DNA of 59,120 bases, counting the filler, from Nemertoderma westbladi (Eukaryota > Animalia > Xenacoelomorpha): the NCBI GenBank assembly GCA_032718475.1. It is 2 parts of 2 records of this genome, joined end to end, with 100 filler letters (N's around TTAATTAATTAA, not from the genome) between each part and the next. Parts side by side here need not be neighbours in the genome. Positions count along the whole stretch, not along the records: positions 31,279 to 59,120 come from JAUCBJ010000625.1; 1 more part is not named here. One strand, written 5' to 3'. The position numbers and the translations under genes are program-made. Positions 36,475-47,923 of the stretch are shown piece after piece; within the stretch, counting starts at the first letter, position 1, and each line of letters begins with the position of its first letter. Under the pieces are notes generated by a model. It made no database searches, had not been told where the DNA came from, and was given only the letters and a program-made list of their open reading frames with translations.

Positions 36475-38280
36475 TACCGACCAAACTCTGTGAATATCAC
36501 TCTGCTGAAACATTGCAAACTCATAACAATCAGTGTTCAGTTGTTGTTTTATACTGCTATTTACTGTCAGTTCTTCATAATATGGTTGATGAATAATTAT
36601 ATTTGGAATAACGATAAATAACCCCGAAACCCAATATTCTTGATATACCGAAGGTAAGAGAGAAAGGTTACAGATAAACGATTGTGACTTATGTTAAAGT
36701 GGTTTGAAGTGAATCTAATGTTATTTGATAGACCCTACATGAGTCAGTCTGTGTTCCTTTTATATGTGACTAAAATCAGTGAAGATCGGCAGATTAGTGT
36801 GCAGTATTGTGCAGCATTGTGTATGAGTGAGTCTGTTAAAGAAGCATTTCCTAAAGAATGCGCCATATATGTGAATTATAATTAAGCCATATCGTTGTGA
36901 GTAGTTTAAGTCATAACTCTGTTTATATAGATAAAGCGCCACGTCCTAAAGGAACTGTTAATATTCCCCGAAGGTGAATAATATTGTCAGAGATTATATA
37001 ATACTGTCAGTCGAATAATACATTAGGCTTGCATAGCAATAAGATTAAGCCGTCGAACCCAATCTCCCGGGTATAACCAGCGGGTGAATGATCGCGCACA
37101 GATTGGTTTCGACTAGTGTAGTGAATCAAATACTTGTCGTAGGCTAAAAAGCGATTTAATATCTAGAAGACATCCTAATTTGGCGGGTTAAACTGCCAAA
37201 GGTCTGAAAGCGCGAACAAGCTTACCGCTTTAGTTGTATGATTCAACTTATCCTGTTTTTTTTGTATTGGGTACAATCTTTCAGATCGTAGGTGTGGGTG
37301 GGTGTCGCGGTGTGTGGGGTAGGTTAGTGGGTTGGTGTATGTTGATTTTATGTTCATTTTCGTCGGAGATCGGGAGTGGGAGAGGTGATGAGTTGGGGCA
37401 GTTCCGCGGCAATAATAATACTGCCTCTCAATAAAGAGACCCCCTTTACTGCTATCAGGGACGCGTTGTTCGACAGAGCCCCGTCAGCAAAAACAGCCAG
37501 TACCGCTAGTCGGTGGGGTTGACTTGTTGACGAGAGGCTATTTACAGGCGCATCGGTCAACCATTACTGACCTTATATATTTTAGTGATAATTAATGTAT
37601 TTCAGTGGAGGATTATATATGTTTTAGTGAAAATTATATAGTGAAAAAACCATTTAATTTGTGTAAAAACCGTTCGTTTTTAAAATCCGCGAGCGTCAGT
37701 TCGGATTGTAATAGAGATGAGAACTGCTAAGCAACATATTTTATATATATTTTTACGTAAATAAAATATATTTCCATATAATATAATTCCATAACTGCAT
37801 TATTATATAATATATCCTTTCGGTGTTGTTTGCTGATGAGAATATAGTTGAACAATGCATATTAACGGACCCATTTATAGAATTAAATGTTTACACTGAG
37901 ATGCTACTATTGTGAGTCTAGACAAATAATCATACTAGGTAGATATAGAAATGAAAGTCTATAATTGTAAGTAGACTTCCTTTTATTTGCATATATATAT
38001 AGTGTAGTCTTAGTCTATAAGTATGTGTTGTGTTAACATTACTTTACTTTAGTAGCAGTACTTTACTTTCTATTTCTAAAAATTGAAATGGCGGCGGCGG
38101 TGGGGTGTGTGTCTGTGTTTGTCACAGGCTATTTTACACTACACTTCTTCTATTTCACCCACTTTCTCCATTCCTTACATGATTTCAACGCCCAATCAAA
38201 GTGCATCTCAATAACCAGGGATCTATATCAAGGGAAGGTCGACGTGTAATACATAGGAATCATAAGGTTGAATTATTAAG

Positions 38281-38848
38281 AGCAGCAGTAGAACCAGTAC
38301 TCATATATATAATCGTCCTGCTGTATTAAAGTTGGACATTGAGATGCTATGCTTGTTTAACAAAAATACTTGCCACCACCATGCAATCCACAATTGGCAA
38401 TCGAATCAGCGTGCATTAAGAATGCTACTGTATGACGGCTTAACAACAAAATTGCACCGCCACAACTCCCTATCCACCATCGCTTTAGCGAGATTATTTG
38501 CATCTTCAAGGCCAGTGTCCTTTAAGACGCGTCTCATGAAAGTCATGGGTTGTCCACCATGCTTATTTTCTCCATGGGGCTGCCAAAACTCTAGATTGTG
38601 CACAGGCTGGTCCTCACGGCGAAAACAATGTCCTGCAAAGCGGAGGCGGCTTTATTCAAGTATCAAGCTTGGGGGCACCAATGAGACACCCCCAATGTTA
38701 TAGTGTCTGGTTGGAGATGTGTGCATTGTATTTGACACAGTGAACAACCCGAGGTAACATTATTGTGAATGTGCCAACCAGAAATTTGGTAGTCCATATA
38801 TGGTCCTATATGTTCGTCCATGCTCAGGACACTAAATCTCTGGATGGG
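38281..38848 (-). mobile_element. Rearranged 3' fragment of an RTE-like LINE
   Basis: Encodes FWQPHG..GGQPMTFMRRVLKDTGLED..AMVDRELWR, resembling RTE C-termini; it is the inverse homologue of about 39680-40050. Confidence 0.65.
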
Positions 38849-39409
38849 AGTCCGTCCCCTTTACCCCCACCAGGGCAACAGGGGCTCTGCCCTCCCGAAA
38901 CCGCTGGGCAGCAGCGCCCTCAGACCAAAAGATAAACTTCACAAATTGTGCGCACCATAGAAATTAAATTCCTGGATCCGCCCCTGTATATTACATTACA
39001 CTTTCACATTTTTGATCAAATGTGTTCACATTTGAACAAATCTGCGTTTTCTGGTGGCCTGAACTGTAATTCTCATCATCTACCTACAAAAAGATATCCA
39101 GTGTTTAATCGCTAAATACAACAAAACGCACATGGAAATCCTACAGGTATTAAGTAAGCAAGACATGCTTATTGAAGAGTTTGATTAGTGAAGGGTATTT
39201 GTTGATGTTTGAATCAACCAATGAAATGCCTTGATTGATGTTGTGAGTTGAAGAACATTTACAGTAATTATAATATTTTAATTAGGAATTTTGTAATTAA
39301 CTAATTCAATATGATCTATATGACAACTTAATTTACAAATCATCTACTTTATTATCTCTACCTTTATTATTAATACCTACCGTCTCTTACTAAACCGATG
39401 ATGACCCAG

Positions 39410-40050
39410 CTGTCTTCCCTTTGTTACCGTCTCTTAGTAAACCGTGACAAGTAAACCTTAAAAGTCAGGTGAAGACCTTCGAATACGTAAGGGAAAGGCA
39501 TGGGCAGTCTTGAATGGGCTTTCCAGGATTTAGAAGTCACCGAGAATTAATTGTAAACTTAAGGTCCGATTATTTAGAGCAGCAGTAGTTCCAGTACTCC
39601 TCTATGGGAGTCCATGCTGGGCTCTAACTGCTGAGGACACCAAATCTCTGGATGGCACATTCACAAGAATGCTACGTCGGGTTCATTGTGTCAAGTACAA
39701 TGCACACATCTCCAACCAGACACTATACATAATTTGAGGTATCTCATTGGTTTCAGCAAGCTTGGTACTCGAACAAAACCGCCTCTGTTTGTAGGGCATA
39801 GTTGAGTACAAGCCTGTGCACAATCTTGTACTTTGGTAGCCACATGGAATTAAGCATGGTGGACTTCACATGACTTTCTTGAGACGCATCTTAAAGGACA
39901 CTGGCCTTGAAGATGCGGATGATCTAGCAAATGTCATGGGTGATAGGGAGTTGTGGCGGTGCAATTTTGTTGACAAGCCGTCACAGCATTCTTAAAAATG
40001 CCTAAAATTGCCTTGATTACAGCATGACAATTGTGGATGCATGGTGGTGG
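39410..40050 (+). mobile_element. 3' fragment of an RTE-like LINE (also supplies the empty-site sequence for the BEL insertion)
   Basis: Contains GCAGCAGTAGTTCCAGTACTCCTCTATGGG (AAVVPVLLYG) and is homologous to 41467-41647 plus 52230-52340. Confidence 0.7.
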
Positions 40051-40639
40051 CGCAAATATTTCGAGTAAAACAATTCATCTTAAAGCGCAGTGCAATACAA
40101 CAGCTGACTGTGTGAGTTCATTCCATGGGGTGACAAGGAGAAGGGTAATTTATCCGTTGAATTAATTAATTTACAATTGAATAATTATTGATGAAATTCT
40201 TTCAAAATTATAAGATGTAATTTTCGCGAAAAAAAATTTCTTAAGATGATGCATTATTAGTAAATGTAAACGCAAAAATAATAAATTATAAATTGTTAAA
40301 CAAATTGAGTATGGGTGATTATAATATATTCTCCCAATGGATGGAATTAAATATATTTCTCTTTCTGTGAAATTAGTATGAACTTTGATCTCGTAAATTA
40401 TGTATTAATAAATCTCACTTATCGTTGACTAACAATGCGAATAAATTAATGAATTAAGATTGTTTGGTCGGATAACGATTTACTGATGACGTCATGACTA
40501 TAGCTTCAATAACTAAATTATTTGAATATTCAATAGGATTTTGCTTGAAAAAATAATTATCTACATTACATATTATTATATCCCACGTAATATTATTCCT
40601 TAGGGGGGGGGGGGGGGGGGGGGGGGGGAGGCGCTTTTT

Positions 40640-41452
40640 AACACAGTCAATGAAAACCTATTCAAGCAAGACACCAACTAGATTTAACTGCAGATTTAAT
40701 TGAATGGTGATTATCTAGGTTTTTAATTTCATTAGGCAGAGCGTTCCAATTTTTAAGACCGTTAAAAAAGAAAGTATCAGATTCGAAGGATTTACAATTC
40801 GGGAGGTAGAAGTTTGAAGCACTAGCTGCGCGACTTTATGCACATGGTTAAGGCGTAGCTGCTTAACTCTACTATCTAAGTTAAGTAGTCCAGATTCAGA
40901 AAAGTCATCTGGAGTTAGGTGGTGCCTAGGTTTGTAGTCTTTAATAAATCGTACTACTTTATTCTGAGCTACTTGTAATTTACATTTACGCTGTTTGGTT
41001 AAGCCTTCATACCAAGAAGAGCATGCATAGTCCATGTGACACTGTATTAAAGAAGAGCAATGTAACTTGCGGGAGTCGGTGTTTAAACTATTTTTATTTC
41101 TGTATAGAAACCTAAGCCTACTGTTAACTTTCGAGAAAATATTTTTCACTGTGCTTTCTCCTGATAAGCTGTTATCCAATGTGGCGCCTAAATATTTAAC
41201 TTCCTTTTTATTTTCAATCTTATGTCCATTAGTAGTGACTTCAAACTTAGTTACCTTCTTTAACTTTCTTTTAGAACCAAACAAAATACTTTCGGTCTTA
41301 CCGTAGTGAATGGATAGCTTATTATCAACCAACCACTCATTACAGGATTCTAGAACTGCACTTAACTTTTGGGAAATATGGATAGGATCTTTATGAGAGA
41401 AAATAAGAGCACTGTCGTCGGCAAATAAAATCAGTTTAAAATCGGGATCTAT
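40640..41452 (-). pseudogene. 5'-truncated LINE ORF2 reverse transcriptase fragment (CR1/L2-group-like)
   Basis: An open frame upstream of the listed ORF gives FKLILFADDSALIF...EWLVDNKLSIHYGKTESILFG...KYLGATLDNSLS...HMDYACSSW. Confidence 0.85.
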
Positions 41453-41466
41453 TACTACTTATCATA

Positions 41467-41647
41467 TCATTTACATAGCATACAAAAATCCAATTCTGGA
41501 TAGTGTCTGGTTGGAGATGTGCGCAGCGCATTGTACTTGACACAATGAACCCGGCGTAGCATTCTTGTGAATGTTTCATCCAGAGATTTGGCGTCCTCAG
41601 CAGTTAGAGCCCAGCATGGACTCCCGTAGAGGAGTACTGGAACTACT
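41467..41647 (-). mobile_element. RTE-like LINE fragment split by the BEL insertion (continues at 52230-~52500)
   Basis: Encodes VVPVLLYGSPCWALT..LDETFTRMLRRV; the joined flanks match the reverse complement of about 39555-39600. Confidence 0.75.
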
Positions 41648-42414
41648 TGTTCGCGGTATTTCAACTTTCCATAACGCGAGTTGAATATTTTTGTATTTAT
41701 TTAAAATTGATTATTCCGATATTACTACTGGGTGCGGGACCATGGGTTTTGGGCACTTTCAATAAACTGGGGGCGATTTACAGGGTACGGGACTAATTTC
41801 ATGTTTATAAGGGCCAGTGGGGGATGGAAAATTCAAGCAGTATTCAGGTTAGCCTGAGTACTATTAGGCCCTGGCCAACTTCCTGCTGCCTGTAGGGGTG
41901 GATTTGGTAATGCGCCAGGCCTAAAGGACAAGGACTGCCCTTAGCGGTCCCTGGCCAACAGCAGCTATTACGAGACTGAAAAGAACTTGGAACGCTGACT
42001 GCTTGTGTCAGGGATTTGCGACGGGAAACGACAGCCCCTTAGTAGCCAAGCCGTTCTGGTTCTCGATGATCGAACCCTTCGGGGTTCGTGAGGGGTGGAA
42101 CGGACACGCGAACGGGTGGCCGACTAACGACTGCCCCCTGAGCTAAGCCGTACTGGTTCTCGATGACTGATCCCTTCGGGGTTCGAGAGGGGTGGGACGG
42201 ACATGCGAAAGGGCTGGCCACAGGACGGGTTTGACGAGGACTGTCCTTAGCGGTCTCTGGTCAACGGCAGCTATTACGAGACTGAAAAGAACTCGGAATG
42301 CTGACTGCTTGTACCGGGGATCTGCGACGGGAACCGACGACAGACCCCTTAGCCAAGCCGTACTGGTTCTCGATGATCGTTCCCTTTGGGGTTCGTGAGG
42401 GGTGGGACGGACAC
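41648..42414 (+). repeat. 5' LTR, truncated by a deletion that removes its 3' half and the PBS
   Basis: Near-identical to 50630-~51419 apart from a 22-bp indel and a few substitutions; identity stops abruptly after GGACGGACAC. Confidence 0.9.
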
Positions 42415-42563
42415 TTCAAAACTCTCTACGTGCTTGCCAGCACCCACTACGAGGAAACTCTGGCATTTGAGTTGAGACGAAGTCGTGGTTTAATTAATCA
42501 ACAAACTCGATCTAACCAACTCGTAGTCGGCAGATCACATATTTGGAGAGTTGTTAACAGGGA

Positions 42564-42755
42564 ATGGAAGTATCGATCACACCCATTGATATAATCCAAG
42601 TTGAGCCAGGAATCTGGCACGTCGAAGTTGAAGTACAAGGAACGAACGTCGGACGATTCAGGATTACCGTTCGGGTGGTCCAAGCTGAGTACAATACCTA
42701 CGAGGAACTGTTTTATGACATCGCGTATCTAGCTATCGACGAGGCGTTACAATGA
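42564..42755 (+). CDS. Small upstream ORF (63 aa) whose stop overlaps the gag start (ATGA)
   Basis: ATG start, protein-like alternating hydrophobic pattern, and a 4-nt overlap with ATG 42752. Confidence 0.35.
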   Translation: MEVSITPIDIIQVEPGIWHVEVEVQGTNVGRFRITVRVVQAEYNTYEELFYDIAYLAIDEALQ

Positions 42756-45700
42756 CGACAAATAACGTATCCGATACCGACGAGATGGATCACCACACAG
42801 ACTCGGAAGCCGACGAGGTACCAAACGTCAAGAACATGACCCGTCGGCTAGGGGCTCTCAAAGGCGGAGTAACCCGAGCGTATCAACGGATGGAGAAACA
42901 ACTCAAGGGAGTCAAAACCCCCCTCAATGAGGTACAAACTCAGCTTCAAAGTATCCGAAATATCCTACAGCGGTACGAAAGAATGATACAGGCGTACCAA
43001 GAGCTCGTTCCCTCCACCAATCAGGAAAACTACCCCAAGTTGGAAGAACACGTTGTACATCTAGATGGGTTCCGCAAACAACACCGGAGGACCCTCAGCC
43101 TTGTGAGAGGCTATGAAGAACAGTATTACAAGAGGGCTGAAAGAACAGACGCGGAATCAGTACGATCCTCCAGCATCACGACAGCAGTACATCGAAAGAG
43201 AACGGGGTCCGCTAGAAATCAGCACTCCAGCGCTAGGAGCGAGATATCCGGCTCAGCGCGCAGTTCTCAAGGGGCGCCGCCACTCCGAGACCAACTGCGA
43301 GAACGGAAGGCATTAGCCCTCAAAGCTCGGATGGAAGATGAGTATATTCAACTGCAAGCCGAGCAAGATGTATTAGCCGCCGAAACACAAAAGCGAGAGG
43401 CCGAACAAGCGGCCGAATGGCAGGCCGAACAACGCAAACAGGAGGCCGAACAACATAGACGAGAGGCCGAACAACGCAAACGAGAGGACGAACGGCAGGC
43501 CGAACAACGCAAACGAGAGGACGAACGACAGGCCGAACAACGCAAACAGGAGGCCGAACAACGCGGACGAGAGGCCGAACGAGAGATCGAACAACGTAAA
43601 TGGGAAGCAGAAATGCGTAAACAATACGCCGAGGCCCAAGCAATTCTCATCCACAAAAAGAATGCAGATATTGCAAAACTCGCGGAATACGAAGCCACAC
43701 TTATAGAATGAGATATTCAACTCTACGAGGACTGGGAAAGGGATATAGATCAGGAATATGAACCAATCCCGGTACCGGAATTAGAAAAGTCATTTATACC
43801 GACAGCGGCGAAACTTCCGAAACCCGAGATCCCGCCTACCAAACAGTCTACGCTATCGGCACAAGCACCGGTGTTCGATCCCCCACCGGCTACGCTAAAG
43901 AATGAGGAACCTTATTTCCCATCCAACACCACGACAGCGAGTGTACCCAAGTACGAGCCTGAAAAGGACTCGGAACGGGACGCCACTCCCGATCTAACAA
44001 CCCATTTACGTCCACACCACAAACCCGTAGTCGCGTCATCATTAAAACTCCACCTATAATTGATCCATCGAGTATGGGACTGAGTGCCAATAACTATAAC
44101 CCTCCGAGTCACTCCAGTTCGGACGACGTCGGCATTATCCGGGCATTGGAAAACCGCCTCTCCATGCCCAAGATGGAGATCCGCACATTCGAAGGAGATC
44201 CCGTCGATTACCTCAGATTCAAGAAACGGTTCTTTGCGCAGATTGGATCAACGGACATAGCCGACGCACAGAAACTGGTATATCTATCGCAATACCTGGG
44301 TGACAAACCACGCCGAATTATTGCATGTTTTGAGGGAGGTTCTCATGAGGCATACTATGACGCATGGAAAACTCTAGATAAAAGATACGGAAATACCGGA
44401 ACTATAATTAATAAAACTCTAGAGAAACTGATACAAGACGCGGGATCACTAGGGGACCCACAGAACCTCCAGGAATTCTCAGATTCCATGAAGGATGCCT
44501 ACTACACTCTGAAACCCTTAAATAAGGAGGACCAGGTGAACAACATTCTAAACCTCCGACAGATCGCCCGGAAGTTCCCCGGATGGCTGCAAAGTAAGTG
44601 GGCCTATAAATGCGTAGATCTCCGGCGCAGACATCCAGATCGAGATCCCAGCTTCCTCGAAATGTCGGCATTCCTGGACGATATCTCCGAAGCCATGAAT
44701 GACTCGATGTTCTCGAAACAGAGTCTCGCCAAGTTGGACGCAATGGAGAGCAATTACCAGAGCAGGGCACCCACTCCAAACCCAAGATTCCGCCCTACTC
44801 CTGTGAGTGCGATGGCCGTCAGTATGGCTGAGGACTTGGATGACGAGGATTACAAGGAACCGACCTTAGCAGAAGAATGGGCATGCTACCTAGCGAATTG
44901 GGCACCCGAAAGGGAAGGCACCACAGCCACCCCTATATGTCTCTTCTGCGGAGAGAAACATAAGTTGGAATTCTGCAGGAAGTTTCAGTTCGCCGAACTC
45001 GTCCCACGCTTCGAGGTGATAATGAAACACCGAGGATGCTTCCGGTGTCTTGGAACAGGTCACTATGTTCGGGATTGCGACCAAAGATCATGCTGTGCCG
45101 TCTGTAACGACCAACGTCATCACACGCTCCTCCACATCCCCGCGAACTTCGATTTCACTACCCTCCCCTTTCGGATCGAAGCCAAGCGAAGAGGAGAAAC
45201 AAACCACGTTTTCAAAGGAACCCGGACAACCCAACGGAGAGAAACCAACCCGTTTAAAATCTCCACCGATACACCACAAGTAACAAATATTTCGGCCACG
45301 ATTAATCTTATAAATCGCCGCTACATGGTATTCGCAAAGGTAATCCCAGTAAGGATTCAAGGAGTCGGCAAATCCTTGATGACGCTCGCGTTCCTTGATA
45401 ACGGGTCCGACGGAACCATCATCGACTAGGATTTCCTCGAGCAACTCGGCCTAGAATATGAACCTTGTAAACGGCCCATACAAACCATCACCGATAACAG
45501 AGAGGTAGAGTCCGGGGAGGTGCAACTCCAGATGGAAGGAGTAATGAAGGGCTACGAAACGGTTAGGCTAACCATCAAGAACGCCTTGGTACACACAGAC
45601 CTCCGAGTGCGGTTCCGACAATCAGCCGAGTACGCCTCCCTCATACAATTGGACCGAGACGATGTAGACCTGAGGTGTCCGCAGTTGGACGTAAACCGCA

Positions 45701-46677
45701 TCACCCTACTGATCGGACTTGATACACCAGAATTACACATACCAACCGGAGATGTCGCCCGATCCATAAAGAAGGATGACGGCTTTTACGCTGAACGAAC
45801 AATAATGGGATGGACCCTCTGCGGCATCAAGGAAGAGACTACTGACACCTATACATACCTTCCTAAATGTCAGATTAAAGAAAATGTAACCTCCGTGGGT
45901 TATTGCTCAGCTACAGACCTGGACGAGGATTTTTTCTTTGAGACTGAGAGAACCCAGCAGGAGATGACCGGATGCTTTAATGTGGAGACCCGAGAGTTTG
46001 CCGAGAAGGACGAGAATCCGTCCGAGGAAGATCAATATTGTACCGACATTTTTGATCAGGCAACGTCCAAAGACGGACATTGGCGCTTGCCCATGCTTTG
46101 GTGGCTAATAAGGTTGTTGATGATAATAATGACGTTGATAACATTGACACCATTAACGGGAGAGCACGGACTAATCTGCCGTAATACCCGGATGGCAAAC
46201 GCCTCAGTTGAGTCCCTTACTCCTAATCACCTACTGGGGAGACCCAAAACCCACGTTCTCCCGGAAACCATGTTCCCGGATCCCAACGAGATCGCGAAAC
46301 ATACAAACTGGAAAAAGGCCCAAGCGTTGGCAGCGCATTGGTGGAGAATTTGGGCCCAGGAGTACCTCATAACCCTCCGGACCAGGAGGAAATGGAACAA
46401 CACCTACCGGAACGTCGCAGTTGGCGACATGGTACTAGTTAAAGAAGATCTCAAAGACCGCGTTCACTGGCCTGTGGCGCGGGTCGTGACCATACACCCA
46501 AGCAAAGACGGACTTGCGAGGACTGTGACGATACGAACGGCATCGGGCCACTACCAACGCCCCATCCAAAATCTGTGCCTTCTTGAAGGCAATGATAGCG
46601 GTGACTCTACGAGAGGTGATAAGATCCCTACTCAAGATCCTGCTGTGGACATTGGTGACAATTACAAATGCGTTTAA
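42752..46677 (+). pseudogene. BEL/Pao gag-pol remnant: gag (DUF1759-like domain, triple zinc knuckle), aspartic protease and DUF5641-like C-terminus; RT, RNase H and integrase core are deleted
   Basis: Motifs FEGDPVDYLRFKKRF..KLVYLSQYL, CLFCGEKH....C / CFRCLGTGH....C / CAVC....HHTLLH, AFLDNGSDGTII, and LTPNHLLG..WWRIWAQEYL..VGDMVLV..WPVARV..DGLARTV..RPIQNLCLL. In-frame stops occur at 43711, 44059 and 45429, with a frameshift near 44065. Confidence 0.92.
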
Positions 46678-46939
46678 ACCCTTCTCATCATGTTGACAAA
46701 CTCTTTTAACTGTGATTTATCGACAACGAATTATGGACCCCCTTTAAACCAACTGTAACCACGCAATGGTATTTGTGTTTCCTCGTGTGTTATGTGGAGT
46801 CCAGCGTCACCCTGCAGATGTTTCGGCTGACGCAGGGTCGTTTATGCATTGTTTACCCTGATTTTGGTCATCGGGACCAACGATATTGGATTATTGGAAA
46901 TGGAAAAGATTTGAAGTGGAATTCATTGTATTCATTGCA

Positions 46940-47380
46940 GTATGTTATGTTGTCCGTTGCGTGCGCAGTTCGGGGCGTAGGTGGTGTAACGAGTCCAGCT
47001 GTAGATCCCGGATTGCCGCGCAACACCCCCTCTATCCCGTTATTCTGGTGGGTCCATTGTGCATCCACATGACTTCGACGATAGAGGGTTTTATGTTTCT
47101 CAGTCGCGTTATTCTGGTGGGACCGTTGCGTGGATTTTGGGGCGTAGGCGGTGTAACGAGTCCAGCTGTAGCTCCCAGAATGTTGCGTAACCCCATCCCA
47201 CATGACTTCGTCGACTGAGCTTTATGTTGTTGGGAGTGTTATTCTGGTGGGTCCCTGGTGCATCCACATGACTTCACTCCTAGCGTCTTCATTGTCCGTT
47301 ACATGCGCAGTTTGGGGCGTAGGCGGTGTAACGAGTCCAGCTGTAGATCCCAGATTGCCGCGTAACACCCCTTCCACGAC
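46940..47380 (+). repeat. ~180-bp tandem repeat (about 2.5-3 copies) between pol and the accessory ORF
   Basis: GGGGCGTAGGYGGTGTAACGAGTCCAGCTGTAG occurs at about 46972, 47139 and 47314. Confidence 0.85.
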
Positions 47381-47923
47381 AAAGATTAACCAAAGAAGAT
47401 GATTGAATATAGTTGGAAACGATGAAAAGGACCAGACAACTCTACTATAAACCTGAATGATGACGCGTATGCTGATGAAAATGAAATGATGCGCACCATG
47501 GTGTTGCGCTTATAACCAATGATGATAGCTGGGGGGCTATAAACCCAATGATGATGTGGAAATAAATAAATGTGAAATAAATGGTGGAAATAAATGTGAT
47601 GAAATTTATGTGGAAATAAATGAAATGAGATGAAATAATAATGAAATGAAAAAAGAAAAAAAAAGGTATAAAAAAGTCTAAAGAAAAGAATTAGAAAAAA
47701 GAAAAGGACAAAAAACTCATAAAAAACTGGTTGGATATTAATGTATAGCTATAGTAACTGTAAATGCTGAATGTATTAGCAATAAGATGATAGATGCCTA
47801 TATAGCAATGTTATTAATAAACTGAATTAAATAAAAAACTGAATTATTCTGCTATCGCTATAGTTTCAGACTTTCTGGACTTATAATTAACTGATCTAAT
47901 TTGTAACGGATATAATCGTAAAT

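Noticed and set aside
38855-38987. CCTGGATCCGCCCCTG terminus of a possible small DNA transposon
   Set aside because: Only one end is evident, with no partner TIR or TSD nearby.
46096-46160. Hydrophobic stretch suggesting an env-like transmembrane helix
   Set aside because: It coincides with low-complexity filler at the pol deletion junction.
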